From: Octopus sinensis
Taxonomy: Eukaryota
Length of the DNA stretch: 64,000 nucleotides
Direction: 5' to 3'
NCBI RefSeq assembly: GCF_006345805.1
Contig: NC_042999.1
Coordinates: 99,882,001 to 99,946,000, forward strand
In this document: positions 1 through 13,555 of the stretch, one piece after another
Layout of the letters: each line of letters opens with the position of its first letter
How positions within the stretch are numbered: the first letter of the stretch is position 1
Translations under genes and position numbers: made by a program
Notes under the pieces: model-generated
Told to the model about the DNA's origin: nothing
Databases searched by the model: none
The model's input: the letters and a program-made list of their open reading frames with translations, nothing else

Positions 1-574
1 CCCGTATGTACTTGTCCCTTTTTGTGATATCATTGATTTCTGGGGGTAGTCTTTGTCCTGTTTAACATCTAGTATTTTTTTGCACTGTTTTACTAATATT
101 TTTAAAGTGTTTCAGCCCCTTATACAAGGGAAACAAAAATTATAGCACAGATCAAGGAACCGGTGTGAAATAGTGAAGAAGAGTAATAAAGAAATAACTG
201 AAACTGGGACTGAGCAGTTGTAATTATATTTTCCATAATATAGGGAGTTTATAAAAATAGCTCTATGCAATATATATATATGTATCCCTTAGATTTTGTA
301 TAACGTCGATTTACTTCGTCACTGACAGAAACAATCAAATTGCATGAAACTAATATTCGGTAGTTAAGTCAATTTTATGATATATTTTTGATATAGAGCA
401 ATTTAATTTCAGTTCTAACAAAATCATTCACTTTTTGCTGTGACAAGAATGCAGTTTTTTATTCAACAAGATAGGTTATACATTAAGTAACTAAATAAAT
501 AAACCTGTAATCAATGCAATACTTACAAAAATTAAAAATTTCCGGTTCACTGTCTCATATCATATAAGGCACAT

Positions 575-830
575 GACCAAATGAATAGGGGTTCGGGCTC
601 GCGTCGTAAACTTGCGAGTTCCATTCTTAGACAGGATGGTGCCTTTTTCCTTTTCAAACTCAATATCAGGTTTCTTCCAGTCTATGCAGCTGAAAGGAGA
701 ACAAACCTTGTGTTAGTGCCTTTTTCTCTCCATTCAGCCGTCACATTATGGACGCTTCATTGGTCATTGCAAGGACAGTTGAAAGGGTGATTGTGCCAGA
801 TCGTGAACATTATTACCATTATCTCTCTCT
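575..830 (+). mobile_element. Possible tRNA-derived SINE (degraded)
   Basis: B-box-like GAGTTCCATTC near 615, a GC-richer body and a short (ATT)-like tail running into microsatellite. Family not identified. Confidence 0.3.
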
Positions 831-844
831 CTCTCTCGCTATAT

Positions 845-893
<49 letters not shown>

Positions 894-947
894 ACATACA
901 GATATACATACATATGATATATATATACATTTAGATATATATATACA

Positions 948-1050
<103 letters not shown>

Positions 1051-1770
1051 TATAAAATTTTGGTTGGTTATACTCGAGATTGGTCAATCTCGCCAGCGCC
1101 AAGGAAAACTTAAGTTAAGAGCATTAGATTCCTTGAAAGAAAGCACCGAATCTATACGGAAAGTAGGACGGGAAAAAACGGAGAAATCATTCACAAAAAC
1201 AAACCCAAATAGAAGGGCATAACAACAAGTGTCTTTCGACTAATTAAACTATGGTGACGTGTGTGGAAGTAAAGCCTTACGGCAGGGACGAAACATTTGA
1301 CAGGCACAGGGGGGAATATAGGTGTTGCACGGGTGGTAGTCGAACCACAGGAAAGAAAACTCCGAATGACCCGTCATTATTTTCGTTGTATCATGTGTCT
1401 GGATATTTTGCATTCTTGTCACATTTTTGTATTTTTTATATATGAAAAACTATAGCGGCGCACATACACTTTGGTGTCTTATATATATATAATCGAACAA
1501 TATATTACTGTTTATGACATATAACTGGTCAAAATTATACTGTCGGCAAAATATCGACTATGGCACTTGGCAATGTTAACATCACTTAGGCGGCGAGCAG
1601 AATCATAAGCATTTTAGTATTTTCTGATTTGTGAGAAGTTCTAATTGTTGATTTTCATGTTTATTCACTGAAGAAAACGGTTTTTTGCATGTTGTAACAC
1701 TTTTGTTCATTAATAAAGAAGTCGTCTAAACCAGCTGTAGTAACCAGCAACCCATCTGTATTATTATTAT

Positions 1771-1802
<32 letters not shown>

Positions 1803-2849
1803 TAAACTGTTATGATATATATATTCATATATATTATGTAATATAAAGAAGCTTCTCCACTCTGACTCTCTTAAATATTTTTCCTTACACAAACATAAAA
1901 GTATACACCATAGCACACTAAGCAATGCCTTGTATAAAGATTTATTCTTTCTTCGCGACGTTTCCTCTTTCATAACATGTAAAATAGCTTTGACTTACAA
2001 ACTCTGGTGTACGTCTGTATATTCTCAATCGTTATAATTTTGCATATGTAGTAATACAAACAGGCAGACATATTCCACTTATGCAACAATACACATGTTT
2101 TAGTTCTACTTTTATGAGCTAAAGAGTCGGCTTTAACACTGTCAAATCTGAATCTGGTGAGTATTCCCTCTAAATATGCTTACACGAGTAAAATGGCATG
2201 CCGCATGTATGTATGTTTGTAAGCATATATATGTATTTGTACGTAGGTATCTGTAGGCATGTCTGTGCTTAAAATTGTGCTTGGCTTATGGTATGTGTAT
2301 GTGTAATGTAACTGATCAACGCTTATACACACATGCTCACACACTCATATTCTGACATATGTACACGCGCATATATATATATATATAAATATATATATAT
2401 ATCTTTATATTTCCTGAATAAATATACATAAATACATACATACATATATCCGTGTGTGTGTGTGTGGGTGCGTGTGGGTGTATGTATATATGTATGTATG
2501 CATGTATGTAAGTATGTATGTATATATACTCCTCGTATGTATTTTTCTCGAACGAATAAAATAGGAGTACACTACACATATTTTAAAGGATACAGTACTT
2601 TAATGAATCTGCAAGCTGACAGTTTGCCTCAGATTTCAAGTTTCATGCCACTTCGCACCTCCGACGAGAACTGTTACAAGTCGGTATTAGAGTAATATTT
2701 ATATAGTATGATCTAATGTCTGTATTTGTCCATGAGCTGGTTGTTAATTCTTATTCACGGAGTACTGTTTTTCTCTCCTTTTCATTGTTTGTTTACGCTA
2801 TTTCTGTGACATATTCGTAATTTTAGCAATTGTAAGCTCTAGGATGCAT

Positions 2850-3600
2850 TATCAATTTCTTCAGAATATGTTGTTTAAAACATATGTGTGGTTAAAGTTT
2901 TGCAGAAAGTTGTTTATGAATGGGTAGTTCAAAAAAAATAATTAAAAACATATCTATTAGCCATATCCCTAACAAATGGTGGCTTTCACAATTTACTGAT
3001 TTGGGGATTGGTTTGAGAGTAAAAAGCATTAAATCTTTTATGGAAGTTTGTTTTGCTTGCTTAGGAAGAGTCATCTATTGGCAGTTTGTATTTCGTTAGA
3101 ATTTTGTTTTTTTAGAATTTTATTCATAAAATATTTTTAGTCTCTATATATTTCTGGCAGGTTGTAGTCAATTTTTCTTTGGTATGATATTGTTTATACC
3201 TGAGATGGGTGTTACATTTTACCAGAGGATATAGGACTATAAATCGTATGTATGTAGATGGGTGCGTTTCTTTATGAATGTCTATGGTTTGTGTTATCTG
3301 TGAAACTAAGGACTTATCCATCGTTGGTTGGTTATGTTCTTATGAATGGTACTATTGTAACCTAATGGTTCTGGTGAATTCAATGTTTGCTATGATTAAT
3401 TAAGATTTATTATTTGTGTTTGTGGTATTTCTGTGTGCTTGTTATGGCTACAATAGAAGTTTGTTTGGTGTGGTATGGAATTTTCGCTATCTTGTTTTGA
3501 ACGAATATGTGTATGTGTGAGTGCATGAGTATACAGTGTGTGATATGTCCAGTGGTCTATTTTTGATTGCCTTATTTTTCGTTTAGGTGCAAATGCCTAG
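2850..3600 (-). mobile_element. Highly degraded Penelope-like reverse transcriptase relic
   Basis: Minus-strand translation gives TNFYCSHNKH (cf. SNFYGLPKIHK), YDL*SYIL (cf. FDIESLY) and IWLIDMFLI (cf. WKRYLDDCFI) in the expected order, with many stops and frameshifts. Confidence 0.45.
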
Positions 3601-4409
3601 GCATACTATGTTTATATATGTATTTTATAAATTATACTGGATTAGTGAGCATATTCATAATACAATATCTCACCTACAAATTTAAGAGAATAAAAACCAC
3701 TTCGCAACATGAACATAAACAACATATTAATTGGTAAGAAAAACATTATCTTATCGATAAAAAGTAAAGTCTACCAATGAATAAACTCAGGCAGTAGAAT
3801 ATTAATTACACAACCAATACCAATTTGTAAGAATTGCAATCTGTAGATCGCAAAGGATGAAACTCGAGTCACAAAAAGAAAATCAGTTTCGGTTTCAGTA
3901 AAAGATGTATGTGTGCGCGCGCGCGTATGAACGTGTATATGTGTATAAGTTTGTAGGTATATATATAGAAGCATGAATATAGATATAGATATAGCTATAC
4001 ATATTTATATACATATATATATATATGTGTGTGTGTGTGTGTATGTACATGTACATGTAAATGAATATTTATACGTATATATATATATATATATAATGAT
4101 ATGCATGTATGTTTAGATGCATATATGTATGAATATTTGCATGTACTTCTGGTAAAGTAATATACACTCCCAAGACTCGCCTTCAGTAACGAACTTAATG
4201 TCTTTCTGTATTCAAATTTACAACAGTGAACTGTTGTGAGGTGAATCTCATCTTGGACAAAGGTGCTGGTCTATCACAGATAACATTCCCAGATGATTGA
4301 GCACATCTCAAAATATGAATGAATATACGTCAAGTTGTACGTCCTTCTCTAGGAGATTGAAATTTTGTGTGTATATATTTACGTGTGTGTATGTATGTGT
4401 ATTACGTGA

Positions 4410-4440
<31 letters not shown>

Positions 4441-4609
4441 AGCATGTATGTAAGCATGTATGAGTGCGTGTATGTATGTCTGTGTGCATATGAGCGTGTG
4501 TGTGTGTGCGTGTGCGTGTGTGTGTCTGTGTGTCTGTGTGTGTGTGTGCACGGGAATAAATGCAGCTGATGTGGGTATCTTTAAAAATATAGAAATATAT
4601 ACTCTTACG

Positions 4610-4708
4610 TTATTTACATTATTTATATTTGACGGATATTTGTCCTCATCTTGTTTGTTTTTAACACAACGTTTCGGCTGATATACCCTCCAGGCTTTAT
4701 GAGGTGTT
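4610..4708 (-). repeat. Left arm of inverted repeat carrying a damaged type I hammerhead ribozyme motif
   Basis: Reverse complement reads AACAC-CUCAUAA-AGCCUG..UCAGCC-GAAACGUU-GUGUU. The 3' half is intact; the CUGAUGA core is mutated. Pairs with 4885-4990. Confidence 0.75.
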
Positions 4709-4737
4709 GAATAGTTTCTCAGTCCTAAGCTTTTTTT

Positions 4738-4739
4738 TA

Positions 4740-4817
<78 letters not shown>

Positions 4818-4884
4818 CATTATTAATATTAAGGTCACTGCCTGGAATCGAACTCGAAATCTCGGGGTTAGTAGCCCGCGCTCT
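4738..4884 (-). mobile_element. 5'-truncated tRNA-like head followed by an (AAT)n tail (minimal SINE)
   Basis: Minus strand AGAGCGCGGGCTACTAACCCCGAGATTTCGAGTTCGATTCCAGGCAGTGACC has an intact B box GTTCGATTC and an anticodon-like arm, then about 30 AAT units. The A box is missing, so it is not a tRNA gene. Confidence 0.7.
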
Positions 4885-4990
4885 GACACCTGATGAAGGC
4901 TGGAGGGTATATCAGCCGAAAAGTTATGTTAACAACAAACATGATGAGGACAAATATCCGTCAAATATAAGTAATGTAAACAATGTAAAT
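4885..4990 (+). repeat. Right arm of inverted repeat carrying a type I hammerhead ribozyme motif (PLE pseudo-LTR type)
   Basis: GACAC-CUGAUGA-A-GGCUG(GAGGGUAUAU)CAGCC-GAAA-AGUU-AUGUU. Core and stem II are intact; there are two substitutions in the 3' half relative to the left arm. Confidence 0.8.
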
Positions 4991-6354
4991 AATGTACATA
5001 ATACTTCATCTCATAACTATAGAACTATATACTCTTAGTCCAACTTTTCTCTTCATATTTCTTTCGCTCCCTTCTCATATATATAAGGTATTATATATTT
5101 AGTATTTAGTGGAATATATGTTAGATGTGTATGCGTCTGACGTTCACGCGTTGGATGCATGCATACTGAATATGTGTATTTGTACGTATTGAGGCAGAGT
5201 TAGTAAAATCAAAGGCAAGAAATAGATGGTGATTGATGAGTAGTAAGACAAAGGCTCATGTATATGTCGCTACAAAGAGATGCGGGTAAGAATGTGACCA
5301 ACCGCAAAGCATACACGACATATCACATAACCACATAGTATAAAAAGTAATGTTATTCGGCCTGATACTTAATACTTGTAATTTCATTTTGATATTTATA
5401 ACTAACATCATTAAAGAAATTTATTAATATAATATATTAAAGAAGGAAAATGAAGTAGAAATACTTCATTCTTAATATTAACACGCAGTGATTTGATAGA
5501 ATAATTTTTATGTCACAATGAGTGGGAGAGTGTATAACCGATCAAATTAATCTATAAAATTTATACGTTACCATAGCAATGTGAATGGCCTAGATTCTAA
5601 GCTATGCGTGGAAGATTACCTGAAGCACAGTGTGTATAAGGTGCTTCGTTTAATTCGGAGTACCTATGCAGGCGCACAAACATGTGAAAATATACACGCA
5701 TATCTCCACTCACACAGATTCATGCACACGCATACATGCATGCACACATACATGCATGTGTGTACACACATACACGCGCACACACACACACAAACACACG
5801 CACACACAAACATATTTGTATGTGTAAGTGTCTGAATGTTGGTATATATGTGTGCGTTTATATATATACATATACATACATACATACCCTCATGCGCTCT
5901 CATAACTGATCTGTAGCGGATGCTTGTTTCTGACTGCTATGAATCAGACTGTGACTCTGCTAGTTCGAGAACGCCAACCTCTAGTTGCTAATTGCATCTA
6001 TTTTCTGAAAGTATTGTTTTATTTTATTTTTTTTTAGTTCAAACACACATACACTCTTCAGTAGTATTATCTAATTTCTACAATATACATACATGTATAC
6101 ACACACACACACATACACGGACACTACTCACACACACACGTATATATATATATATACATGATATATATATATCCATAGCAGGCATGTTTTCATGAGGCCA
6201 TCTTTTTAAATAGTAAATTTATGAAATGTATACAATTTACCTTTGCTAACCTTACTCCAAATAAAATGTACGCGGGTATAGATAGTTATCAATATATATG
6301 GCTTTCTATGCATATGTATGTGAGTATGCGTGTATGTGTGTGTGTGTGTGTGTA

Positions 6355-6388
<34 letters not shown>

Positions 6389-6951
6389 GAAATATGTGTA
6401 TTAACGAAAAAGAGTGCACGTTAATTCATGTGCTTTAAACATATACATATTTATAATTTTAATTTATATATCCATTGCTTATATTTTTTATTTATGCAAA
6501 ATCCAGTCGGATCGTTTGGGCACTTTATATTAAACTGTCATAAATATTGCTGATTCTCATTGAATTATGCGTGAGACTCGTTTTCATTGGTCATTTGGGA
6601 TTTCATGATGTAAACAGTCTCTCGGCCACTGGTGACTACTGCTGACGAGAAAGCAAAGTGGTGCGGTTGATAGATGTCATGTCTCTTTCTTTTCTTCGAA
6701 ACCAAGTAGAATTTAAATATCAATAACATTTATGAAATAGTCTTAATCATATAATGGATTAAAATTATTCGCATTGCAGTTTGACAAGAGCGATTGGTTA
6801 TTGATGTTATTCTAATAGTACATGGGGAAGGGAAACGATAGCAATGATTTTTTTTTTATCTCATAGCATCATTTGGGTTCTTGTCCCATTTGTGTATAAG
6901 ACTCCTATATGCCTATTCCATTAGCCAATCCTCCAATATATGCAAAAGAAC

Positions 6952-7325
6952 CCCAATGGCTGTATAGTTAAGAAGCGTACTTTGCAATCACGCGATTTCA
7001 AGGTTAGTCTGACTGCGCGGCATCTTGGCCACATGCCTTCTACTATAACCCCGAGACGACCAGAACCTTGTGAATTTGGGAGATGGAAGTTGTGTGCAAG
7101 GCTGTTGTATGCGCGTGTGATTGTGTGTATGTGTGTATGTATATGAGAGAGAGGTATGATTGTCTTTTAGCATCGCTTGACAACTAGTGTTGGTTTGTCT
7201 ACGTCCCCGGTTCGTCAAAATAAACTGATAGAATAAGTATCAGAAATAAGAAATGGTACCAGTCTATTCGACGGTGTCTTGGCATAGCCAGATTCCATTA
7301 ATTGAAACAAGTAAATGATAAAAGA
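6952..7325 (+). mobile_element. tRNA-derived CORE-type SINE, degraded copy
   Basis: Collinear similarity to the better-preserved copy at 38810-39255 (head, CORE-like segment, internal (TG)n, GATAGAATAAGT and GAAACAAGT 3' blocks). Confidence 0.7.
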
Positions 7326-8554
7326 TATATGTACACACACACACACACGCACACACACACACACATACACACACACACACATACACACACATATACATAC
7401 ATTTATCAAAGTTTGTACGATTATGTACAGGTAAATATATTTGTCAATGAGATTCCAGTATTATCTGAGTTTCACTTTTTTATGTTTTATAATTTTAGAA
7501 AATTGCATATTATATTTCCACAATCTAAAGTATTAAATGACAATTAATTTAGCTTTATTAAGCGACAGTTGCGTTTCAAAATTGCTAGTTGAGCTTCACA
7601 TTTGATAACTTGTATTCCCATAATATGCAATGTCGTAAAATTATAAAACAGAAATATAAAAGCGTGTGATGTTGGAATCTCATTGACTAACATGTGTGTG
7701 TGAGAGAGTGTATTCATGTTTGACTCTTATCATTTGCTTGTATGCCTATGTGGACGCATGTATATGTATGGCTATGCACATTATTCACAAATTAAAGATT
7801 GAAACTGCAAATGAATTCCTTGAAGATATACTCCAATTGCGCTCGCTGGCTAGCACTATAATGGGCTTTGTTAATATGCAGTGCTAAGGTAAAAATTTCT
7901 AACGCGTTTGGTATATAAGTGAAACATAAACTGCTGCTTTCATCTAAAGATCTCCTAACTAGCAAGTGAAATGGAAAGTTATATAGCTCAACGAAATAAC
8001 TTCATATTGGAATCAATGCTGTTTTATAGGTTTTGTTGCTAAAAAAGACTTCAGTAATTTCTTGTTTAATAACTACATTGTTTTGGTGTGACAACGCTGT
8101 GATATTCAGATCTACAATTATATCTGATCTTTTTTATCGCTGTTCCATATCACGTCTTCTTTTCGGGATGGGTATGGAGTACCTGACTGGATTCGATCTT
8201 TATTACATAAGTGAAGTTAATAATTTTCTCATGCAGTTGCATGTATCTTGTGAATCAATGTTTGAATTTGTTCAAAAATATTCTGATTAACATTCTATTT
8301 GTATATTTAACCTTCATTATATGTTATGCTTCAATCATCATGGCTTAGTGCAACACTTCGTTTTAATATATGCTTCCGAAAATATTATACCTTATTTTAC
8401 TTGTTTATTGAATCTTTTCTGGAGCAGGGACGATAGAATCCAGAGTAAGGCGTGTTTTTGTAACGATTTTGTCATGCACTTGGGCATCATATCATGCTCA
8501 TTATCATGTTATGGCTCCAGTTGCCATCATATTTGTTTCGTATTGGTAGCACTC

Positions 8555-8895
8555 TGTCATCTTCTATTATATCTATCTTTGTAAGCTAACTAAATGTTTC
8601 CAAGTTTAACAATAAGTAGTTTAATAACTACCTACACCTATGAGGAATGAACTATTGAGTGCATGTTAGCCAAGGCAGCAGCATTCTACTGGTGGTAGTA
8701 TGTGAGCTGATCAATCATCCATCAGAAGTCCTGCGAAATAATAATATAAATTCAGTATAAATCACATGGGTTTTTGTTAAATGATTGCACCTTTTCCTAC
8801 ATATCCAAGAAAATTAGACTTACATTTACGTCTCGAAATACAGCAAAATATCAGTGGTTGATTTGAGATAAGAAGTTCGTTAACGTCTTGTTTTT
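8555..8895 (-). pseudogene. Ankyrin-repeat-like relic
   Basis: Translations QDVNELLISNQPLIFCCIS..FLGYVGKGAII* and VIKLLIVKLGNI*LAYKDRYNR resemble ankyrin repeat ends and starts. Broken by stops and frameshifts. Confidence 0.35.
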
Positions 8896-9917
8896 TCATG
8901 CATTTCATTTTTGAAATGGAGTATTCTAAACTGCTAACGGGGACATAAATGTTAAAAACTATTCTGAAATGAATCCTGTTTGATTTGCGTATTACTTGTT
9001 GACATTTACGCACGCTGTCATTGTGAATAACCACATTTGATTCTTTGGACACGGCCTTTCTTATAACGGGTTTCACAATGTATGTTGACATTTACACAGT
9101 TTCTCTGTTTCGCATATCAAGAACAGTTTCGTTTCATAAAATATAACAATGTTGCATAGAGAATTATATAAAATATAGCCTGACAATGTTTCTAAAAAAT
9201 ATGCCAATAGATGGCGTGTCAACAAGGGAAACATTTTATTTCATATACATAACTTCTACAGAAATTGAATGCAGATAAATAGTGGTCTACTTCATCGTAA
9301 AGATTCATGAATGGAAACAAAACTGATTTACATTGAAAGATATTTAGAATCAATATCGCAGTAGAGAGCCTTATCAGGAAGAAGATAAGCATAGGCAATT
9401 TTCATGTATTTAATTTATATTTTATGTCCCGAAATGCGAAAAATGAGATGCAACTGATCAATTTTCTGTAATGTCAAACTGCATATACCATTAGTGATTT
9501 TACGTCACAGACTTCATTTCGTTTTTAAAAATTTCTCCAGTCTCCTTTGGCAATCATGAAGAGAATGACGCTAAGACTAAATTCTGCTGTATGTAGTAAT
9601 AACTATTAAATATGCCTTTTATACAAGCATCTTGTACAATAATAATTTTCATAACGGTCAATATTTAAATCCAGTCTCTTACTCCAGATTTGTTATGAAA
9701 TAGATAGATTATAAAAATATCGGAAGTTAAAATCAACCACATGTTTTTAATTTTATATATTTGTAGTATATGACAGTGTTTTATGTGGAACGTATAAACA
9801 ATATATAAGCAATATAATTTAAGCATCTATTGATATACAATTTTGATTCATAAAATTATATTACGTTTTCCTATTTAAAAGTCACTTTTACACTAATTTT
9901 TAATTTGATACTGACGA

Positions 9918-10072
9918 TCATGTGACTTGATTGCAGTGTAAAGAGAGAGATGCCCGATGATCACCCGTTGATTCAAGAGCTTCGCTTCCGGCTTGGGCTG
10001 CTACCATTGCTGTCCTGATGCCAGTCACCGTCCGTGCATTCACATCCAATGGAAAATATGAAGAACAGTTTG
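9918..10072 (-). pseudogene. Ankyrin-repeat-like coding relic
   Basis: Open frame ANCSSYFPLDVNARTVTGIRTAMVAAQAGSEALESTGDHRASLSLHCNQVT* matches the spacing of DVNAKDxxGxTPLHxAAxxG. GC content is well above the flanks, and a CAG precedes 10072. Confidence 0.55.
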
Positions 10073-10939
10073 CTGATGATCAACACATCACAGCTTGATA
10101 CTACATCATTGGCAATGAGTTCAAAGTTTGCCAGGATAAGTAATATTCTTTTGTCTAAGGTCTTTGTGGCTACAAGTGAGGATCAAACTGAGCCAGGCTT
10201 TTTCTGAGGTGTATTTGTATATGTGCGAAATTTCTTTTATATTTACTGTGATTTAACTGATAACTCGTAAAGTGAAACAAAGACATTTATTTTTCACCAA
10301 TATTCACTAAAAAGAATCAAGCATTTATGGCTGGAAGGGGGCAACATATTTACCATTGTCTTTGCACGATAAAGAGTCTGCTGAAAAGTTTCATCCACTG
10401 CCTTTTTAAACCTACCAGGCATTGCTTTGATGCGTCACGTTTAGTGAGCAGCATCAAGTAATAGTTAAAAGTGAAATTTTTGGTAAAATGAAAAAATCAT
10501 TTTTAGAAAGGTAACCTTCAAATGATTTGACCTGATAAAAAGGGTACTGTTCCTTTCTACATCGTATTGTTTTTTTTTTTTTTTGTGAGGGAGAGAGGAA
10601 TACGGGGGATGCTAAATAGACATGCTGAACAACATTTATGTTAGTTTGCATGTACGCATTTTTTTTACCTGTTCTGATACATAAAATGTATATATGCAGT
10701 CTTATATACATATATTTTTGTGTGTGCATGTGTTTGGCTGTGGGTATGTATGTGTATGCTGTGTAAAAATCCAAGACATGTTTGGCCTCAATAATATTGC
10801 AATCATTGCCTCAAAAACCATTCACGCTAACATTTCCATGATTCAGGTAAATTCACAAAATGTTTCTTGTCAACAATCTTGACACTTTCTGAAACAGAAA
10901 AAAATCCAGATATGCTTTTTTTTAAACTTAATTGTAACG

Positions 10940-11100
10940 CTGTCTTTTGGTGTTTGGAAAATTTATAACCTTAACGCTTTATCTGCTGACTGAATACCGT
11001 TTCTAAGCTAATTGTTTGAATATAAATTATTGCAATATAAACCTGTGATTATAATCATATCAAGTGCAGCGCACAAAGATCTGTCATTTACATTTTGTTA
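10940..11100 (+). repeat. About 160-bp direct duplication, copy 1 (copy 2 at 31229-31389)
   Basis: TGTCTTTTGGTGTTT..AAAATTTATAACCTTAACGCTTTATCTGCTGA..CATTTTGTTA is present twice at roughly 88-90% identity by eye. The flanks are unrelated. Confidence 0.9.
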
Positions 11101-12004
11101 TCAACGAGTCAGTTCGCATTAAGATCAGCCCTTTTTTTCATTTCCTTTATAACGTTCATCATATAATTCATATTTTTGTAAAACTTAAACAATCTCAAAC
11201 ATCCTTTAATAGACCTCATCCATCGAGGTTTCTTCTTCCATCAATACAAAAATTTATTGTGATCATATCAATGATCATAAATATATTATAACAAATATAT
11301 ATATCATAAGATGTCTTTTTGTAAAAAAAAACAATTCATTTGCAATAAATTGTTTATCAATCGTAGAGAACAACTGATTTCTTTTGACAAAGTATACAGT
11401 CTTAAGTTTAGGGTATATATATATATATATATATATGAACGTTTCCTATCATACCGCTCTAAAGATTATTAACAGTAGAGGTGAACTAGTGCAATTTCAA
11501 AGAAAAATTGCAATCCGATATATTGTTTTACTCATCAAAGTTAACTTATTTCTTTAGCAATGCCTAAACGGGAAATCATACCCACAGCGCTAGGCTGTAC
11601 TACACTGGAAGTGTTGGTTAGCATTATCTCCATTCTCAAAGCTAAGCTGTATCAGTAGAAAATGATTTAATTATCAATGAACCAGTCCTCCTATATACTC
11701 TATATAGGTGCAAAAGTAATAGCCACTGGAAGGTTTTTAACAAACTATTTCAATAACATTCAGCGTAGTGAAAGGAAGTTCATTAATTTCATAAACATAA
11801 CAAACATAGTGAAAATTCAGTTATGTTTTCATATTAGTGTAACGGAAATGCTATTAATCCATCTCATATCTGCAGTAACAAAGTGTATTAATATTCACAT
11901 AGCATACAATTTCACAGAACACCCAACACATTATTTACATACACGATTATGAGTCAGAAAGTAATGCAATTTATATTTGCATTATTCCCTGACATTATTC
12001 CCCG

Positions 12005-12182
<178 letters not shown>

Positions 12183-12203
12183 TGATATATATATATATAT
12201 TAT

Positions 12204-12239
<36 letters not shown>

Positions 12240-12562
12240 CAGCTACATATATATATAAAGATATATGTATATATGAACATATATATAAATATATGTATGT
12301 ATATACATATATATTTACATATGTGTATGCGTCTATATATGGGTGTGTACATAGCTCTAGAAAATACATCATAGCGTCATAAAATCAAATCCGCCACATG
12401 GCTTCGATTTGTGGTTGTCGACATTCATAATTAGCAAAATTTACAAATAAAATGGATCGCAAAATGTAAGCAGTTCATAAGATGTTATTTCCCACCTAAA
12501 ATGCACACTCTTTATACTTTGTCAGAAGAAACTAGAGTTACAAGTATTTCTATTGTATTTAT

Positions 12563-12776
12563 AATAATGGTCTCAAATTTTGGCACAAGTCCAACAGTTT
12601 TCAGGCAGGGGGGAAAGTCGATTACATCGATGCCAGTAACCAACTGATACATATTTTATGAATTCCGGAATGATGAAGGGCAATGCTGATCTCAGCACTT
12701 TCTGAAATCAGAACGTAAAGGAGTCAGGAGAAATTCCGTTAAACATTTGTCCGACACGCTAGCGCTTCTTCCAGTG

Positions 12777-12778
<2 letters not shown>
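12563..12778 (-). mobile_element. tRNA-derived SINE (second family, GGCGGTGAGCTGGCAGAATCGTTAGC type), degraded
   Basis: Similar to the copy at 61557-61782; shares the GTCGATTACATCGA block and the A-rich tail. Confidence 0.7.
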
Positions 12779-12838
<60 letters not shown>

Positions 12839-13354
12839 CATTATTATTATTAATAATATTATTATTATTATTATGTTAACCTTATATCAAGATAAAATAA
12901 CGCATGACCTTACTGGTGAGACCCAGTTAGTGATTTTGCAGATTAAATAACCCATCTCGCTCAAAAGGATCCTGAATAAGGTTTGTTTAAGGATGTTGAA
13001 CGAAACACCAATATTATTCCTCTCAACACATGGTTTTGATACCCCCTTAATACTGCTGTTTGTGATCAGTGATGCACATGTCATCAGTCACTAAGGGACT
13101 CTTTCAACTAGTTAAGGTCAGGTAACGGAAAGGAAATCTATGATATTGAACAAAATATTTGTTGTAGTCCATCTATTACACCAAGACAAAACAAATACAT
13201 GTTAACACTTCTAATCAATGAATATCAGAAGCTATGAGGGCCACTTCTTCTCATTATCATTATCATTTAAAATGAAAAATTTATAGTTTGCTTCTGTATA
13301 ATTCTTTTAACGTAATAAAACTTGTATTGTCGAGGAATTTTCAGAATCATATCA

Positions 13355-13555
13355 CTTGGCGGAATCGTTACCGCGCCGGTAACGATTTATTTCGACGTTG
13401 CCTTCTGAGTCCAAATAGTGCCCAAGTCGATCTTGCCTTTCATCCTTTCGGGGTCTATAAAATAAGTATTGGGTGAGCACTGAGCTGGGTGTAATTGACT
13501 TACCCCCTCTCAAGTAATTACCAGTCTTGTGACAAAATTTGCAGCTAATATTAAC
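13355..13555 (+). mobile_element. tRNA-derived SINE (second family)
   Basis: Contains GGCGGAATCGTTA head remnant and GCCTTTCATCCTTTCGGGGTC..ATAAAATAAGTA body, matching other copies in the window. Confidence 0.8.

Noticed and set aside
1055-1440. GC-richer block with GAAAC that might be a PLE end with a hammerhead
   Set aside because: No CUGANGA core or stem II could be found; probably a repeat, but unclassifiable from this window.
4831-4884. tRNA gene
   Set aside because: The 5' acceptor strand and A box are absent, the T stem pairs poorly, and it is followed by an (AAT)n retroposon tail.
8030-8215. VPDWIRSLL resembling the loop after M3 of nicotinic receptor-like subunits
   Set aside because: Two stops upstream in the same frame and no Cys-loop or other transmembrane segments nearby; likely chance.
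9204-9218. CTCF-like motif CCAATAGATGGCGT
   Set aside because: A single imperfect match with no supporting context; expected by chance in 64 kb.
9937-10142. Plus-strand frame with two in-frame TGA codons after a CAG (possible selenoprotein)
   Set aside because: The contexts DAR*SPV and ITA*YYI match no selenoprotein motif I know, no SECIS was recognised, and the opposite strand has a better ankyrin-like reading.
10350-10420. Minus-strand MPGRFKKAVDETFQQTLYRAKTM followed by GTAAAT, as a first coding exon
   Set aside because: No phase-compatible downstream exon; more simply part of the decayed ankyrin-like region.
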